A stretch of DNA of 64,000 nt from Bacteroidota bacterium (GCA_026391915.1 JAPLCZ010000257.1:5691-69690), one strand, 5' to 3'; shown: positions 18,313 through 31,000, counted from the stretch's first letter. Program-made: numbers and translations. The notes: a model not told the origin generated them from the sequence alone.

Positions 18313-18735
18313 CTACTCAGGATTTAACCTTACAGGGGAGGGGTTAACCACCTCGCCTTTAATAAAAATTACAAAACTTTGGTCTGGGATATTTGTAGTA
18401 ACAGTGATGGATTTTGTGATGCTACCTATGCTAGCATTGCTTGAGTTGTAGGCTGCCTCAATAAAACCAAATTTACCCGGCATTACAGGCTCTTTGCTAA
18501 AGCTTGGCGTAGTGCATCCGCATGATGGGCGCACATTAACCAAAGTAAGTGGGGTGGTGCCGTTATTCTTAAATTTAAACTGGCATTTCGCTACCTGTCC
18601 TTTTTCAATTTTACCCAAATCCATGGTCTCTTTTTCAAAGGTAATAGCAGGCGCATCTTTCTTTTTATCTTGTGCTGATAGGCTATGTTTTCCCAAAAAA
18701 ACTATTGCAGCAAATAATATCAATAACTTTTTCAT
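18313..18735 (-). CDS. DUF1573-family secreted protein
   Basis: Signal peptide. PSCGCTTPSF motif characteristic of DUF1573. Paralogous to the next gene. Confidence 0.6.
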   Translation of the reverse strand: MKKLLILFAAIVFLGKHSLSAQDKKKDAPAITFEKETMDLGKIEKGQVAKCQFKFKNNGTTPLTLVNVRPSCGCTTPSFSKEPVMPGKFGFIEAAYNSSNASIGSITKSITVTTNIPDQSFVIFIKGEVVNPSPVRLNPE

Positions 18736-18756
18736 CGTTGCTACTTTAAAAATTAA

Positions 18757-19281
18757 TTAAGATTTTTTCTTCTTTTCTGTTTTGGTAGATTTCACAGATT
18801 TTTTTTCCTCTTTTACAGGAGCTACCACAGGCTGTTTAGTTTCTACAACCGGTGCAGTTTTAATCTCACCTTTTGCTTTTACTTCTCCTTTAATATTGAT
18901 GTATTGGTCTTTGCCATCACCCATATTAGAGGAGATAGAAAGTGTTCTGTTAAAGCTGCCAATTCTTCCGCTTGAGTGATACACAACTGTTATCTCTCCG
19001 GTTTTGCCTGGGGCAACTGGTTCCTTAGTGAAACTTGGAGCTGTGCAACCGCAAGGAGAGTTAACACTTGTTAAAGCAAGTGGTGCTTTACCAATGTTTT
19101 TGAATTTGAAAATGTAGGTGTAGTCAGGGCCTTCTTCAATGTTACCAAAATCGTGAGAGGTTTCTACTAATTGTAAGTTTGGTCCGTCACCGTTGTCGGT
19201 AACTTTTTTGTCGTCCTGAGCAAAGGCAGCATTGGTGATTGCAATGAAGCCAATGAATAAAGCAGTAAATAATTTTTTCAT
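18757..19281 (-). CDS. DUF1573-family secreted protein with Lys/Glu-rich tail
   Basis: Signal peptide. SPCGCTAPSF motif. Adjacent tandem paralog. Confidence 0.6.
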   Translation of the reverse strand: MKKLFTALFIGFIAITNAAFAQDDKKVTDNGDGPNLQLVETSHDFGNIEEGPDYTYIFKFKNIGKAPLALTSVNSPCGCTAPSFTKEPVAPGKTGEITVVYHSSGRIGSFNRTLSISSNMGDGKDQYINIKGEVKAKGEIKTAPVVETKQPVVAPVKEEKKSVKSTKTEKKKKS

Positions 19282-19375
19282 GTGTTTTAAGATTTTAAAT
19301 TTTTGTTCGCGTTTTCAAATACTAAGCCGATTTGAACCCGCAAGTTAAGGCGTTTTTGAATAAAACTTTTAATGC

Positions 19376-21022
19376 CTAATTTTTCTTTGCAGGTGATATG
19401 AGTTTGTAAAGCACCATTATCATTAACAATCCCAAAATTATTGCTGCAATCTTTCCTAAATAATCCCCGTGTTTGTTATAAAAAGTTATCTCTGATTGCA
19501 TCCAGAGAGGATGGATGTTTTCTTTTAAATATGCCTCCTCCCACCAATTGGTTTTGGAGAGAATTTTACCCTCTGGAGAAATGAAACAAGAAATACCTGT
19601 GTTGGCTGAACGCGCAATAAATTTCCTGCTTTCAATAGCTCTTAAGCAACCATAAGCAAGGTGTTGTTTGTAGCCATCGGTATTATTCCACCAACCATCA
19701 TTGGTGATGATGGTGATAATGTTTGCACCCTTCTGGATATACTTTCCAACATAACCTCCATAGATGGACTCATAGCAGATAACGGGTGCGGCAATTAGGT
19801 TTTTATTTACCCTAAAAACGGAAGGAGAATCTTGCCTACCAAGAGACCCATAAGAGCCACCAAGTTGCAAAGCAAGTGGCTCTAAAAATCTGAAAAAAGC
19901 AGGGTAGGGCATGAGTTCAGCGCCGGGGACTAATTTGCTTTTGTGATAAATTTGAGCAGGGTTTCCGGAGTCTGCAAGCATGGCAGAATTAAAAACATCA
20001 AACCACCCGGGATTAGATTTCCAAGGACGTGCAGTGGCGGTTTTTTCACTTTCTTTTTGGTAGGATAAAAATGAATTCAACCCCGCAATTAGTTTTAATT
20101 TTGGATGAAATCTTAAGAAATCTTTTACTGCCAAATAGGATGGATGCTGACTCAGATTTTTTTCATCTAAGTTTTCAGAAATGGCAGTTTCTGGCCAAAT
20201 CAAAAGCACCGTATTTTTATCCACGGCTTGGTTGCTGAGGCGTATCATTTTTTCAACTTGCAATAAAACATCAGAGTTAAATTTTTCATTGTAGGGGTCA
20301 ATGTTGGGTTGGATAACAACGATGTTTTCTTCGGACTTTTTATCTAATGTTATTGTAGAATATTTGAGATTTATTATTACAGAAATCAAAATAGGAATCA
20401 AAACAGAAATCATCCATAATGATAATTTGAAGTATGTTTTCTTTTTAACTTCTTTTGTGACATTGCTAATTAATTCAAACAATAAAATATTGGAAATCCA
20501 AATCCAAACTGAGCCACCAAGAGCTCCCGTATATTCATACCATTGCGCCATAAATGGCAAGCCTGCAAAGCCATTCCCTAAGGTGAGCCATGGCCAGCTT
20601 AAATCCCAATTTAGGTGGAGGTATTCAAAACTTGTAAAGGCAGAAATTAAGACCACATAGCCCACCCATTTATTAAAATATTTTTTGGTTTTGAGGTAAA
20701 GAAAAACAGGCAATGTCATCAGCAGTGCATTGGCGGAAAGTGCGAAGGCAGCACCCCCTCCTGTGGCGTATGCCATCCACCAAGTGGTGAGGATATTCCA
20801 AACTAAGAAAAACAGGAAAGTAAAGAATATAGATTTGCGTATTACGTTCCTTCCCTCAAAAGAAATTTTATGTAACACCCAAAGCCAAGGCGTAAACCCA
20901 ATCAGTAATAAAAAACTGAAATGAAGTGGTGGCCAACCAAGCCACATTACCACTCCTCCAATCAAACATATGAGAAAATAAAGCGGGTTATTTTTTGCCT
21001 CCGACGATGATAACAAATTCAC
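19376..21022 (-). CDS. lnt: Apolipoprotein N-acyltransferase
   Basis: N-terminal multi-TM region followed by a CN-hydrolase domain (IWPETA, CYESIYGGY). The start may be the internal Met at 20947, which would avoid the 35-nt overlap with rsmI. Confidence 0.8.
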   Translation of the reverse strand: MNLLSSSEAKNNPLYFLICLIGGVVMWLGWPPLHFSFLLLIGFTPWLWVLHKISFEGRNVIRKSIFFTFLFFLVWNILTTWWMAYATGGGAAFALSANALLMTLPVFLYLKTKKYFNKWVGYVVLISAFTSFEYLHLNWDLSWPWLTLGNGFAGLPFMAQWYEYTGALGGSVWIWISNILLFELISNVTKEVKKKTYFKLSLWMISVLIPILISVIINLKYSTITLDKKSEENIVVIQPNIDPYNEKFNSDVLLQVEKMIRLSNQAVDKNTVLLIWPETAISENLDEKNLSQHPSYLAVKDFLRFHPKLKLIAGLNSFLSYQKESEKTATARPWKSNPGWFDVFNSAMLADSGNPAQIYHKSKLVPGAELMPYPAFFRFLEPLALQLGGSYGSLGRQDSPSVFRVNKNLIAAPVICYESIYGGYVGKYIQKGANIITIITNDGWWNNTDGYKQHLAYGCLRAIESRKFIARSANTGISCFISPEGKILSKTNWWEEAYLKENIHPLWMQSEITFYNKHGDYLGKIAAIILGLLMIMVLYKLISPAKKN

Positions 21023-21662
21023 CTTTTAGGGTATTGGTTTTATAGTGGTTTAAAATTTCTGATAACGTACCTGAAACGGTTTCTTCAAACATTTTGGTGA
21101 GCTCTCTGGATACTGAAGCTTGCCTGTCTTCTCCAAAAAATTCTATCAATTGTTCTAAGGTTTTCAGCACCCTGAATGGGGATTCGTAAAGTATGATTGT
21201 TCTCTCTTCTTCGCATAGTTTTTTGAGGATGGTTTGTCTCCCTTTTTTGTGCGGGAGAAATCCTTCAAAAATAAAAGAGGAGGACGGTAAACCCGATTTT
21301 ACTAAGGCAGGAACAAAGGCGGTAGCGCCGGGTAAACACTCAACTTCTACACCTTCTGCAAGGCAGGCTTTTACCAGCAAATAAGCAGGGTCTGATATGC
21401 CTGGAGTTCCAGCATCGGACACTAAACAATAAGTGAGTGAAGTATGATTTAATTCCTCCGCAATTTTGGTAGCATAAGCGTGTTCGTTATGCTGATGGTA
21501 AGATTTGACTTTGGCTTTTATCTCAAAATGATTGAGGAGTTTTTGGGTAACTCTGGTGTCCTCTGCCCAAATTAAATCTGCTGATTTTAATACTGTTAAA
21601 GCACGCAGAGTAATGTCTTCAAGATTACCAATGGGGGTGGGCACTAGAATTAATTTTCCCAT
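20988..21662 (-). CDS. rsmI: 16S rRNA (cytidine1402-2'-O)-methyltransferase
   Basis: MGKLILVPTPIGNLEDITLRALTVLKSADLIWAEDTR is the canonical RsmI N-terminus. Confidence 0.85.
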   Translation of the reverse strand: MGKLILVPTPIGNLEDITLRALTVLKSADLIWAEDTRVTQKLLNHFEIKAKVKSYHQHNEHAYATKIAEELNHTSLTYCLVSDAGTPGISDPAYLLVKACLAEGVEVECLPGATAFVPALVKSGLPSSSFIFEGFLPHKKGRQTILKKLCEEERTIILYESPFRVLKTLEQLIEFFGEDRQASVSRELTKMFEETVSGTLSEILNHYKTNTLKGEFVIIVGGKK

Positions 21663-21666
21663 TTTT

Positions 21667-24132
21667 TTAAGCTTTGTAATACACTCTTTTTACGCGTGGG
21701 GAAATACTTGTTAAAACTTCGTATGGAATGGTTTCCATGGCTTCTGCCATTTTTTCTATGCTCATATTTTCTCCAAAGATAATCACCTCATCGCCTTCAT
21801 GGGCTTCAATTCCTGTGATGTCAATCATCGTCATATCCATGCAAACATTTCCAATAACGGATGCCTCTTTTCCAATCACTAAAACCTTCCCTTTTCCGTT
21901 GCTAAGTGAACGCGGAAACCCATCCGCATAGCCAATACCAATCACCGCAATTTTTGTGGGATGGGTAGCAATTCCTTTTCTGGAATAACCCACCGTTTCA
22001 CCTTCTGGAATTTCTTTTATTTGGGAAATATACGTCTTTAAAGTACTCACACTTTCCAGTTGATTTTGGATTTGATTTCCAGTATCAATTCCGTACAAAC
22101 CAATACCAAGACGCACCATATCAAATTGTGCATTGGGGAGGCGGCTAATGCCGGAAGTGTTGGAAATATGTTTTAAAAAGGGGTAGCCAATTTCGGATTC
22201 TATTTGGTTGCAAACAGAATTAAAAATATCAATTTGTTGATGGGTAAATTCATCATGTTCCGGCACATCTGCAGAGGCAAGGTGTGAGAAAACAGAAGCC
22301 ACATGTATCTTATTATTTTGAGAAATAATTTCAAGAAACCTATCCACCTCACGGGGCAATAAACCAAGGCGGTGCATACCCGTATCCACCTTAATGTGTA
22401 TGTTGATTTTTGAGGCAGGATTGTTGGCAATAAAGTGATTTATCTCCTCCAAAAATCCAGTAGAAAAAACTTCTGGCTCAAGATTATTTTTAATCATTTG
22501 TTCCAACGAATCTGTGGTGGGGCTCATCACCATAATGGGTAAATTGATGCCTTTTTCGCGTAGCATTATTCCCTCATCGGCGTAGGCTACGGCAAGGTAA
22601 TCTGCTTTATGAAATTGCAATATATTTGCAATTTCGTAAGCCCCGCTGCCATAGGAAAAAGCTTTTACCATTCCCATAATTTTTACGTTGGGTTTTAGCA
22701 AACTGCGGTAAGCATTCAGGTTATTTACCAAAGCATTTAAATCAATTTCAAGAACAGTATTATGCAGCTTTTGTTGTAGGCGATTTGCAATTTTTTCAAA
22801 CCCAAAAACCCTACTTCCTTTTACCAAAATTGCCTGATTTCCGAAACTGTTAAAATCAAACTCCTTTAGAAAATCTTCAGTGCTTTTATAGAAAACAGAA
22901 TTGGGTTGAAAGAGATTTCTATTGGTTGAAATTTCATCCCCAATCCCAATAAATGTGGTTATGCTTTTTTGTGAAATAAGGTCTGAAACTTCTTCGTAAA
23001 GTTTCGGATTTCCTGTCTGTAAGATATCAGAAATGATAACTGTTTTTTGAGGATGTTGATGTTGCTGATTCAGCAAATCCAAAGCAATATTCAAAGATTG
23101 TAAATCGGAATTATAGGTATCATTAATAAGGGTAGAATTATTAATTCCTGCCTTTATCTCCAGCCGCATTTCTACTGGCTGCAAAAGCTGCATCCTGAGG
23201 GTTATTTTTTCATCAGTATAGCCAAATTGCAGCATTACAAAAGCGCAATGGGTAGCGTTTTCAATGCTTGCTTTATCAGTATAAGCAATGGTGAAACCTA
23301 TTTGTCTTTCATCAAATTTTATCTTGATTTCAGTTAATTTATCACTAATACTACAACTCACATTTCCTTGAAATGACCAACTAATTATTTCGGGATTATT
23401 AGTAAAATAATTTTTATCTTTTGCTGATTGAATTACCTCTTCTATCTCTTGATAATCCTTACAGTAAATAATCTTTTTTGCATTTTTGAAGAGGGCTATT
23501 TTCTCCCAAACCTTTTCTGAAACAGAAGAAAAATTGGATTGATGGGCAGCGCCAATATTCGTAAAAATCCCAACCTCAGGAGAGATAATAGGTCCTAACT
23601 TTTGCATTTCATTAGGTTGAGAAATACCTGCTTCAAAAATGCCTAAAGTATGATGATTTTGTAACTGCCAAACGGAAAGTGGAACCCCTATTTGCGAATT
23701 GTAACTTTTGGGGCTGCGGGCTATCAAAAATTTATCATTCATCAGTTGGTAAAGCCACTCTTTTACTACTGTCTTTCCATTACTACCCGTAATGCCAATC
23801 ACGGGGACATCAAACTGCCTTCGGTTATAAGTAGCCAACTTCTGCAAAGCCTCAATTGGCAAATCATAAACTATAAAATTTACCTTATCTAATAAATCTT
23901 TTGGGATGTCCTTTTCATCACCCACCAAGAAAGAAATTACCCCTTTTAAATAAGCTTCTTTAATAAACTTAGCACCATCGCCATTCTGCGTTTTTAATGC
24001 TATAAACAAAGAATTTACAGGATAATTTACACTTCTGCTGTCAATACACAAATGGGAAATAATCCAATCAGGTTTTCCTCCATAAAGAGTTCCTCCAACT
24101 ATTTTTGCAATATCTTTTAATGTGTAGTTCAA
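21667..24132 (-). CDS. murF: Bifunctional UDP-MurNAc-tripeptide--D-Ala-D-Ala ligase (MurF) / alanine racemase (Alr) fusion
   Basis: N-terminal half: MurF (IDSRSV, P-loop GITGSNGKT). C-terminal half: alanine racemase (PLP-Lys motif VKAFSYGSGAYEIA, YLAVAYADEG). 821 aa equals the sum of the two enzymes. Confidence 0.8.
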   Translation of the reverse strand: MNYTLKDIAKIVGGTLYGGKPDWIISHLCIDSRSVNYPVNSLFIALKTQNGDGAKFIKEAYLKGVISFLVGDEKDIPKDLLDKVNFIVYDLPIEALQKLATYNRRQFDVPVIGITGSNGKTVVKEWLYQLMNDKFLIARSPKSYNSQIGVPLSVWQLQNHHTLGIFEAGISQPNEMQKLGPIISPEVGIFTNIGAAHQSNFSSVSEKVWEKIALFKNAKKIIYCKDYQEIEEVIQSAKDKNYFTNNPEIISWSFQGNVSCSISDKLTEIKIKFDERQIGFTIAYTDKASIENATHCAFVMLQFGYTDEKITLRMQLLQPVEMRLEIKAGINNSTLINDTYNSDLQSLNIALDLLNQQHQHPQKTVIISDILQTGNPKLYEEVSDLISQKSITTFIGIGDEISTNRNLFQPNSVFYKSTEDFLKEFDFNSFGNQAILVKGSRVFGFEKIANRLQQKLHNTVLEIDLNALVNNLNAYRSLLKPNVKIMGMVKAFSYGSGAYEIANILQFHKADYLAVAYADEGIMLREKGINLPIMVMSPTTDSLEQMIKNNLEPEVFSTGFLEEINHFIANNPASKINIHIKVDTGMHRLGLLPREVDRFLEIISQNNKIHVASVFSHLASADVPEHDEFTHQQIDIFNSVCNQIESEIGYPFLKHISNTSGISRLPNAQFDMVRLGIGLYGIDTGNQIQNQLESVSTLKTYISQIKEIPEGETVGYSRKGIATHPTKIAVIGIGYADGFPRSLSNGKGKVLVIGKEASVIGNVCMDMTMIDITGIEAHEGDEVIIFGENMSIEKMAEAMETIPYEVLTSISPRVKRVYYKA

Positions 24133-24192
24133 AAGTAAATCTATAACTTTATGGCAATATTACGCAGGAGGATTTTAACCTTGCGGTTTTAT

Positions 24193-24623
24193 ATGAGACC
24201 ACTCAAAAAATATAATTTCCCCGAAGCCCTTCAAAAGCTTAGAAAGTACTGCGCATATCAGGAACGCTGCCACCAAGAAGTGCGTAAAAAACTCGCAGAA
24301 TGGGGGTTTGATAATGAGGATAAGGACAAAATTATTGTGCAATTGATGGAGGAAGGTTTTCTAAATGAGGAACGATATGCAAAGGCAATCGTCAGAGGAA
24401 AGTTAAGGCAGAAAGGCTTAACTCTTCGTTGAAAGAGATTGACGATGATTTTTACTTGGAAACCCTTGTAAGAATATTGGAGAAAAAGCGAACTCTCCTA
24501 ACGAAGAATGAGGCACCTTTGACCATAAAAAGTAAGCTCTCAAAATACGCCTTAGGTAAGGGGTACAATTGGGAGATTATTTCAGAGGCATTTATTAAAA
24601 TTGAACTTGATAAAAGTCGTTAA
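24193..24623 (+). CDS. recX: RecX regulatory protein, reading frame broken by a frameshift near 24425-24432
   Basis: ALQKLRKYCAYQERCHQEVRKKLAEWGF matches the RecX N-terminal repeat. The ORF stops at LRQKGLTLR* and continues in another frame (KEIDDDFYLETL...), so a 1-nt indel is implied. Confidence 0.6.
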
Positions 24624-25096
24624 ATCGTGGCGGCAGTTCATCATTTCTTAACGCACTTTGGCGGAAATACAGAATGGCAAAACAAAAAAACAATAAATTT
24701 TTTGCATCAGATTTCGGAAATGGTAGTAAGTTAGTAGCCTTATTAGTAATAGTAAGATAACAGGCACATATGAAACACATTTACACAAGCTTTTTAACTT
24801 CTTCATTATCAGCGTCAGCCATTGTTGCTGGGTGCGTTTTTGACAGATGAAGGTCTGAGTGAATGTGCAGCAATGCACCTTTTGTTCTCAACCAATCTAT
24901 CAATTATCTGCAACTGCCCAGTTTAAGCAATAACGAATTTTTGGCTAACGAGACTAAATTTTTAAAGGTATTAAAATCTCTCCTTTTGAGGAATGACAAT
25001 GTCATGTCCTCTTTCGTTTTGAAACGTATATATAATAACAAAACATTTTATATGGATAACAAACACAAAAATTTTCAAATAACTAAATTAACAGAC

Positions 25097-28000
25097 ATGA
25101 AGCAATTCTACTCAAAAGGAAGTCTGCGGACTTCCATCGTAGCGATGATGCTGCTTCTACTTACCACAGTAAGTAGTTATGCATCCTTCACTCCCGGAAA
25201 CACGTACACGATTAATCCAAGTGCTGCCGCAAGCAGTACTAATTATCTTACGTTTGCTTCCGCGCAGAGTGACTTGGTTTCTGGTACTAGGGCCGATGGC
25301 GGTACAGCCAACGGACCAGGTATCTCAACCTCCACCACCGGTAATGTTACCTTCAGTATTTCTGACGGTACATATACTGAACAGATTTCTTTTAACAACA
25401 TCACAGGAACCAGCGCAACTCGCAGGGTAATTTTTACTTCAGCTTCTGCTGATAGTACAAAAGTTACTTTGACTGCTGCATCGCAGTTCTCCTCCACTAC
25501 GAACTATACGGTTCGTTTAAATGGAGCTGACTGGGTAACCTTCCAAAAGATGACAATTAAAAGAACAGGCACAAGCACATATGCTAATGTGGTTGTGATT
25601 ACAAATGGTTCTAACAATACCATTATTGAGAACTGCCGAATTTCAGGCAGGTATCAGGCAAGCGTGAATCCGGGTCAACTTTATGAAGACAACGGATGTA
25701 TTTATTCGCAGACCTATGCAGGTATGACGGATGACACTGGAACCATTATCCGTAACAACAGAATTCGTTTCGGTTTAAATGGTATTTGTATGGGAGGTAC
25801 TAACCAGACTACTGGTGAAGCTGGCCTTCAGATTTATAACAATGACATTGATAGCGCCGGACAAATTGGCGTTTTGTTGGTTTATTGTAAACGTGTAAAA
25901 ATTTATAACAACAGGATTAATTTCCCTAATCACACTGCCGCAACACCACAAATTACAATGGCTATGCGTGTGCAGAATTCTGATAACTTAAATATCTATA
26001 ACAATAACATTACTCTTAATAGTAATGGACCTACTCCTAATGCTTTCCAACTTTGGAGTTCTAACTATGGTAACATATATAATAACTGGATAAGTGTATG
26101 GGGTGGAAGTTCTGCTGCCATTGCACAGTATTTTACTTCTAATACTTATATGAATTATTACTACAATAACGTAGTTTGTAATTCTACAATTTCTGTTGGT
26201 ACTGCATTTTATGTAAGTGGTGCCGGTACCCATCAAAAACTTATTAATAATAACTTCGTAAACTCAGGTGGTGCTTTAGTATATCGTATTAATAGTACTG
26301 GTGAGTTTGACTCTTCAAATTATAATAACCATTATGGTGCAAACTCTACCAATGCCTACTATTATGTAGGTGGTACTGTTTACTCAACTTTTGCTGCATG
26401 GAAATCTGCATCAAGTATGGATGCTAATAGTAAAAACGTGAATCCTGTTTTTACTTCTTCTACTGATTTACATGTTAATAATGCTATACTTAATGGTGCA
26501 GGTCGTGTAAGACCAGGCATCACTACTGACTATGATGGAGACGCAAGAAATACATCAACCCCTGATATTGGTGCTGACGAATTTTCTCCTCCTGCATTGG
26601 ATGGTGGTGTTACTTCTGTTGATGCTCCTTTGGCAGGTTCTTTCTGCGCACCTTCTACTCAAAGTGTAAAAGTTACCATTGTTAATAATGGTACTACCAC
26701 TTTAACAAGTGCTGATGTAAAATGGACAGTAAATGGTAGCTCACAAACTACCTATAATTGGACTGGCTCTTTAGCAACCGGTGCAACTGCACAAGTAACT
26801 CTTGGTTCTTATTCTTTCACATCTGGGTCTCTTATCTATACTGTGAAAGCTTGGACTGAAAGTCCAAACGCTGGTACTGATGGTAACGCAAATAATGATA
26901 CCAACTCTTATAATGTAAAATCTAAAATGTCTGGTACTTTCACTATTGGTGGTACCTCTCCTAATTATGCTTCTTTCTCTGCAGCAGTTGCTGACCTTAC
27001 TGCTTATGGCGTGTGTGGTGCGGTAACTTTTAATGTTGCAGATGGTATATATAACGAACAGTTGATGCTTCTTCCTATTACTGGTGCATCATCTACAAAT
27101 ACTATTACCTTCCAATCAACTTCAGGTGATAGTAGCAAAGTAAGTCTTCAGTTCCCAAGTCTTTCTGGTAACTCATTTAATAACTATGTTATCAACTTCC
27201 AAGGTGGTGACTGGTTTACCTTCAAGAAAATGGGAATTAAGCGTAGTGGAAGTGCACTAACTTATGGTGCATTGATTTTGATGATTGGGCAAGCAAACAA
27301 TAATACAATTACTAATTGTATGTTGATTGGTCCAAAAATCGGAAGTACTGCAAGTGGTAATGAAATTGTGGATTGCGGTTATGACCCTATCTCTGGTAGT
27401 ACTACTGGAACAGATTGTAATTTTAATACTGTTAGTAATAACTATGTGAAATATGGTAGTACTGTATTCTGGTTTTATACTGGCGGATCAGGTTACCAAA
27501 CTGGTAATGTTATTTCTGGTAATATAGTAGATAGCGGTTCTTATATGGGCGTTTATGCATATTATAGCAGAAGGATTAAAATCCTTAATAACACCTTTAC
27601 CAATCATGGCTACTCAAATACTTCTGCTTATGGTTTATACACTTACTATGCAGATAGTGGTATTTGGATTAAAGGTAATAGGTTTACTGCTGTAAACATG
27701 AATGGATTTACCTATGGTATGTATACTTATTTAGCTAATGCTAACTCAACTGGTTATGAGAATATCATTGTTAATAACATGATTTCGGTTCCTGGGCATA
27801 CCACCACCTATTATTTGGAGTATCTGTATTGTACTGGGCCTACCATTATTGCTTATAATAACTATCATATTTATGCAAATACCACCATCAGTGGTGGGGG
27901 TACTGCAAGGTATGGTTTGTATGTGGCCAATGGTACAGCTTCTTATCCTATTGTTAAGAATAATAACTTTACTGCTGACCAAGCTAATACCGTTTATTAT

Positions 28001-31000
28001 GTTGCTTCAACATCTTATATGGGTTCAGGTAATTCTAACTATAATAACTTCTGGAATAATGCAACTACAAATCTTATTTATTTTGGTGCTACTTATAATA
28101 CGCTTACTGCGTATAAGTTTGGTGCTTCAATGGATTTGAACTCTGTAAGTGTTAATCCAAATTATTATGCTAAGGATAATCTTCACGTAAATGCTACTGG
28201 TATTAATAATAAAGGTACTTCATCCATGAATACATGGGTAAGCACTTTGGATATTGATGGCCAAGCAAGGAGTTCTACTACTCCTGATATTGGAGCTGAT
28301 GAGTTCACTCCTGTTGCACAAGATGCAAGCATTACTGCTATTACAGCTCCAGGTACAACTTATTGCCCTGGTAGCACAAGTGTAACAGCAACTCTTAAGA
28401 ATTTAGGTACTTCTAGTCTTACTTCTGTTACTCTTAATTGGTATGTAAATGCATCTGTTCAAGCTCCTTATGTTTGGACTGGTACGTTGGCTTCAAATGC
28501 CTCTACTAACATAGTTGTAGGTTCTTATTCATTTACATCTGGTACTTATGCTGTTGATGTTGCTACAACCAACCCTAACGGAACTACTGATGGTAATACA
28601 TCTAATGACAGCGTTCATAAAGGTAGTATTAACCAAGGTATTTTGGGTACGTATACTGTTGGTGGTGTTTCTCCTAATTACGCTACCATTACTGCTGCCT
28701 TAACCTATATCAGCGGTTATGGAATTTGTGGAACTACGACTTTGAATATCAGAGATGGTGTTTACGCAGAACAAATGATTATCCCAGTAATTGGAGGTAC
28801 TTCTCTTACCAATCGTCTTATCATTAAATCTGAAAGTAATGATAGTACTAAGGTAACTTTTACATGGCCTTCAAGTGCTGCCTCAACTTATAATCCTGTA
28901 TTGCATTTTAACGGTGCGGACTTCGTAACCGTTAAAAAAATGACCTTTACCAGTAGCGGTACTAACCCTTATGGTCAAGGCGTTTATTTCAGCAATCAGG
29001 CAAACTGGGACTCTATTGCTAATTGTAATGTTTCTGGTCCTCAATACATAGGTACCAATACCTATTCTGCAGCATTCTATTCTCCTGCAAATGACTATTG
29101 TAACAATAACACATTAGCTTATAACTCTTTCAAATACGGTTCATATAATTATTTCTATGGTAACTCTACTACTAGGCCTACCGGAAATAAATTCATGTAT
29201 AACAATATTGATAGTACTTATTATATTGCTCTATATTTCTTATACCATAATAACATACGTGTTGTTGGTAATAAGATTCGCTACCCTGGTTATAACTATA
29301 GCAGTGGTGGAAACTACGGATTGTATTTGTTATATAATGACTCTGGTCTTCGTGTACAAAACAACTTTATCTATACTCCTCTAGTAAGTAATACTTATTC
29401 ATACTATGCAATCTATTTAGGATATAGTGTAAACCCTTCTAACAATCCTGGTATTGTTAGTAATAACTGGGTAAGCACTGTAAGTGCTTCAACTATTTCT
29501 TATGGTTCTGCCTTATACATGGTAGGTAACTCTTATGTAAATGTGGTGTATAATAGCTTCCTATCTTGGGGTGCTAATAATACCTCAGGTACTGGTAGCG
29601 GTACATACTATCACAATTCAAGTGGTGGTGGTAATAACCAGTTCTTAAATAATATTTGTGCTAATACTGGTGGTGGTTATGCTGTTTATGAAGCTATCCC
29701 TGGCTATTGGGATAGATGGAATTATAATAACCTATACACCAATGGTAGTAACCTTACTTACTGGAATGGTACAAACTATACAACCCTTGCTGCACATAAA
29801 TCAGGTAGTGGTGTTGACTCTAACTCTGTATCTGTTAACCCTAATTTCTATGGAGTTACGGATTTGCATACAAACTCTGCCGGTGTTAATAACTTAGGTA
29901 AAGCTTTAGCGTATGTAACTACAGATTATGATGGACAAACTCGTAGTGCTTCTACTCCTGATATTGGTTCTGATGAGTTCACTCCAACCAATTCTGATGC
30001 AAGCATTAATTCTATTGTTTCTCCGGCAACTTCTTATTGTGCAGGTACGCAAAATGTAAATGTGGCTCTTAAAAATGTTGGAGCTTTCACTTTAACTTCT
30101 GTAAGTATTAAATGGTATGTAAACGGTACTGCTCAAACTCCTTATGTATGGACTGGTACAATGACTTCTGGTAACAGCACTACTGTTACTGTAGGTACTT
30201 ATTCCTTTACAAGTGGTACTTATGTAGTTGCTGCTTCTTCTGAATTACCTAATGGTAACCCAGATAATAATACTGCCAATGATAGTGCCTACACGCCTAC
30301 TTTAAATATGGGTATCTCTGGTACTTTAACTGTTGGCCCTTCTGGTACTTATTCTACTATAAATGCAGCAATGCTTGATTTGAAAACAAATGGTATTTGC
30401 GGTAACGTAGTAATTAGTGTTCAAGATGGTGTATATGCAGAGCAATTAGATTTTGATGCAACCTATGCTACTTCTGCTTCTAACACTATTACTGTGCAAA
30501 GTGCAAGTGGTGATAGCAGCAAATGCTGGATTAAATGGGTAGCTTCTAACGTGGCTACCAACAACTTTGCTATTCGCTTTAGCGGTGCAAAATATATTAC
30601 CATTAAGAAAATGGGTATTAGCCGTACTGGTGCAAGTACAGATCCTTATTTCTATACTTTAGTAATGCAAGGGGGCTCTACCTATTGCAAAGTAAATAAT
30701 TGCCATATAATTGGTAACACCAATTATAGCAACTATACTATTTACTACTACCAAAACGGAACTGGTTTAGGTAATGAAATTACCAATACCAGAATTCGCT
30801 ATGGTTATGGTATGTATCTTTATGGTAACACAGGTTCTTATGAGAAGTATTGGACATTGACAGGTAACATTTGGGATTCTACTTATTACGGTATGGGTCT
30901 TTACTACTACCTTGATGCACCAAACATTTCTTACAACACTGTAAATGGAGGTGCCAACGCATCTAATTCTACTTACTATGGTGCCTATCTTTATTATATG

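Noticed and set aside
19282-19375. tRNA-like T-arm sequence (GGGTTCAAATCGG on the minus strand)
   Set aside because: The flanking stem does not pair (GCGGG vs CGGCT), the region is only about 90 bp, and there is no acceptor or anticodon arm structure.
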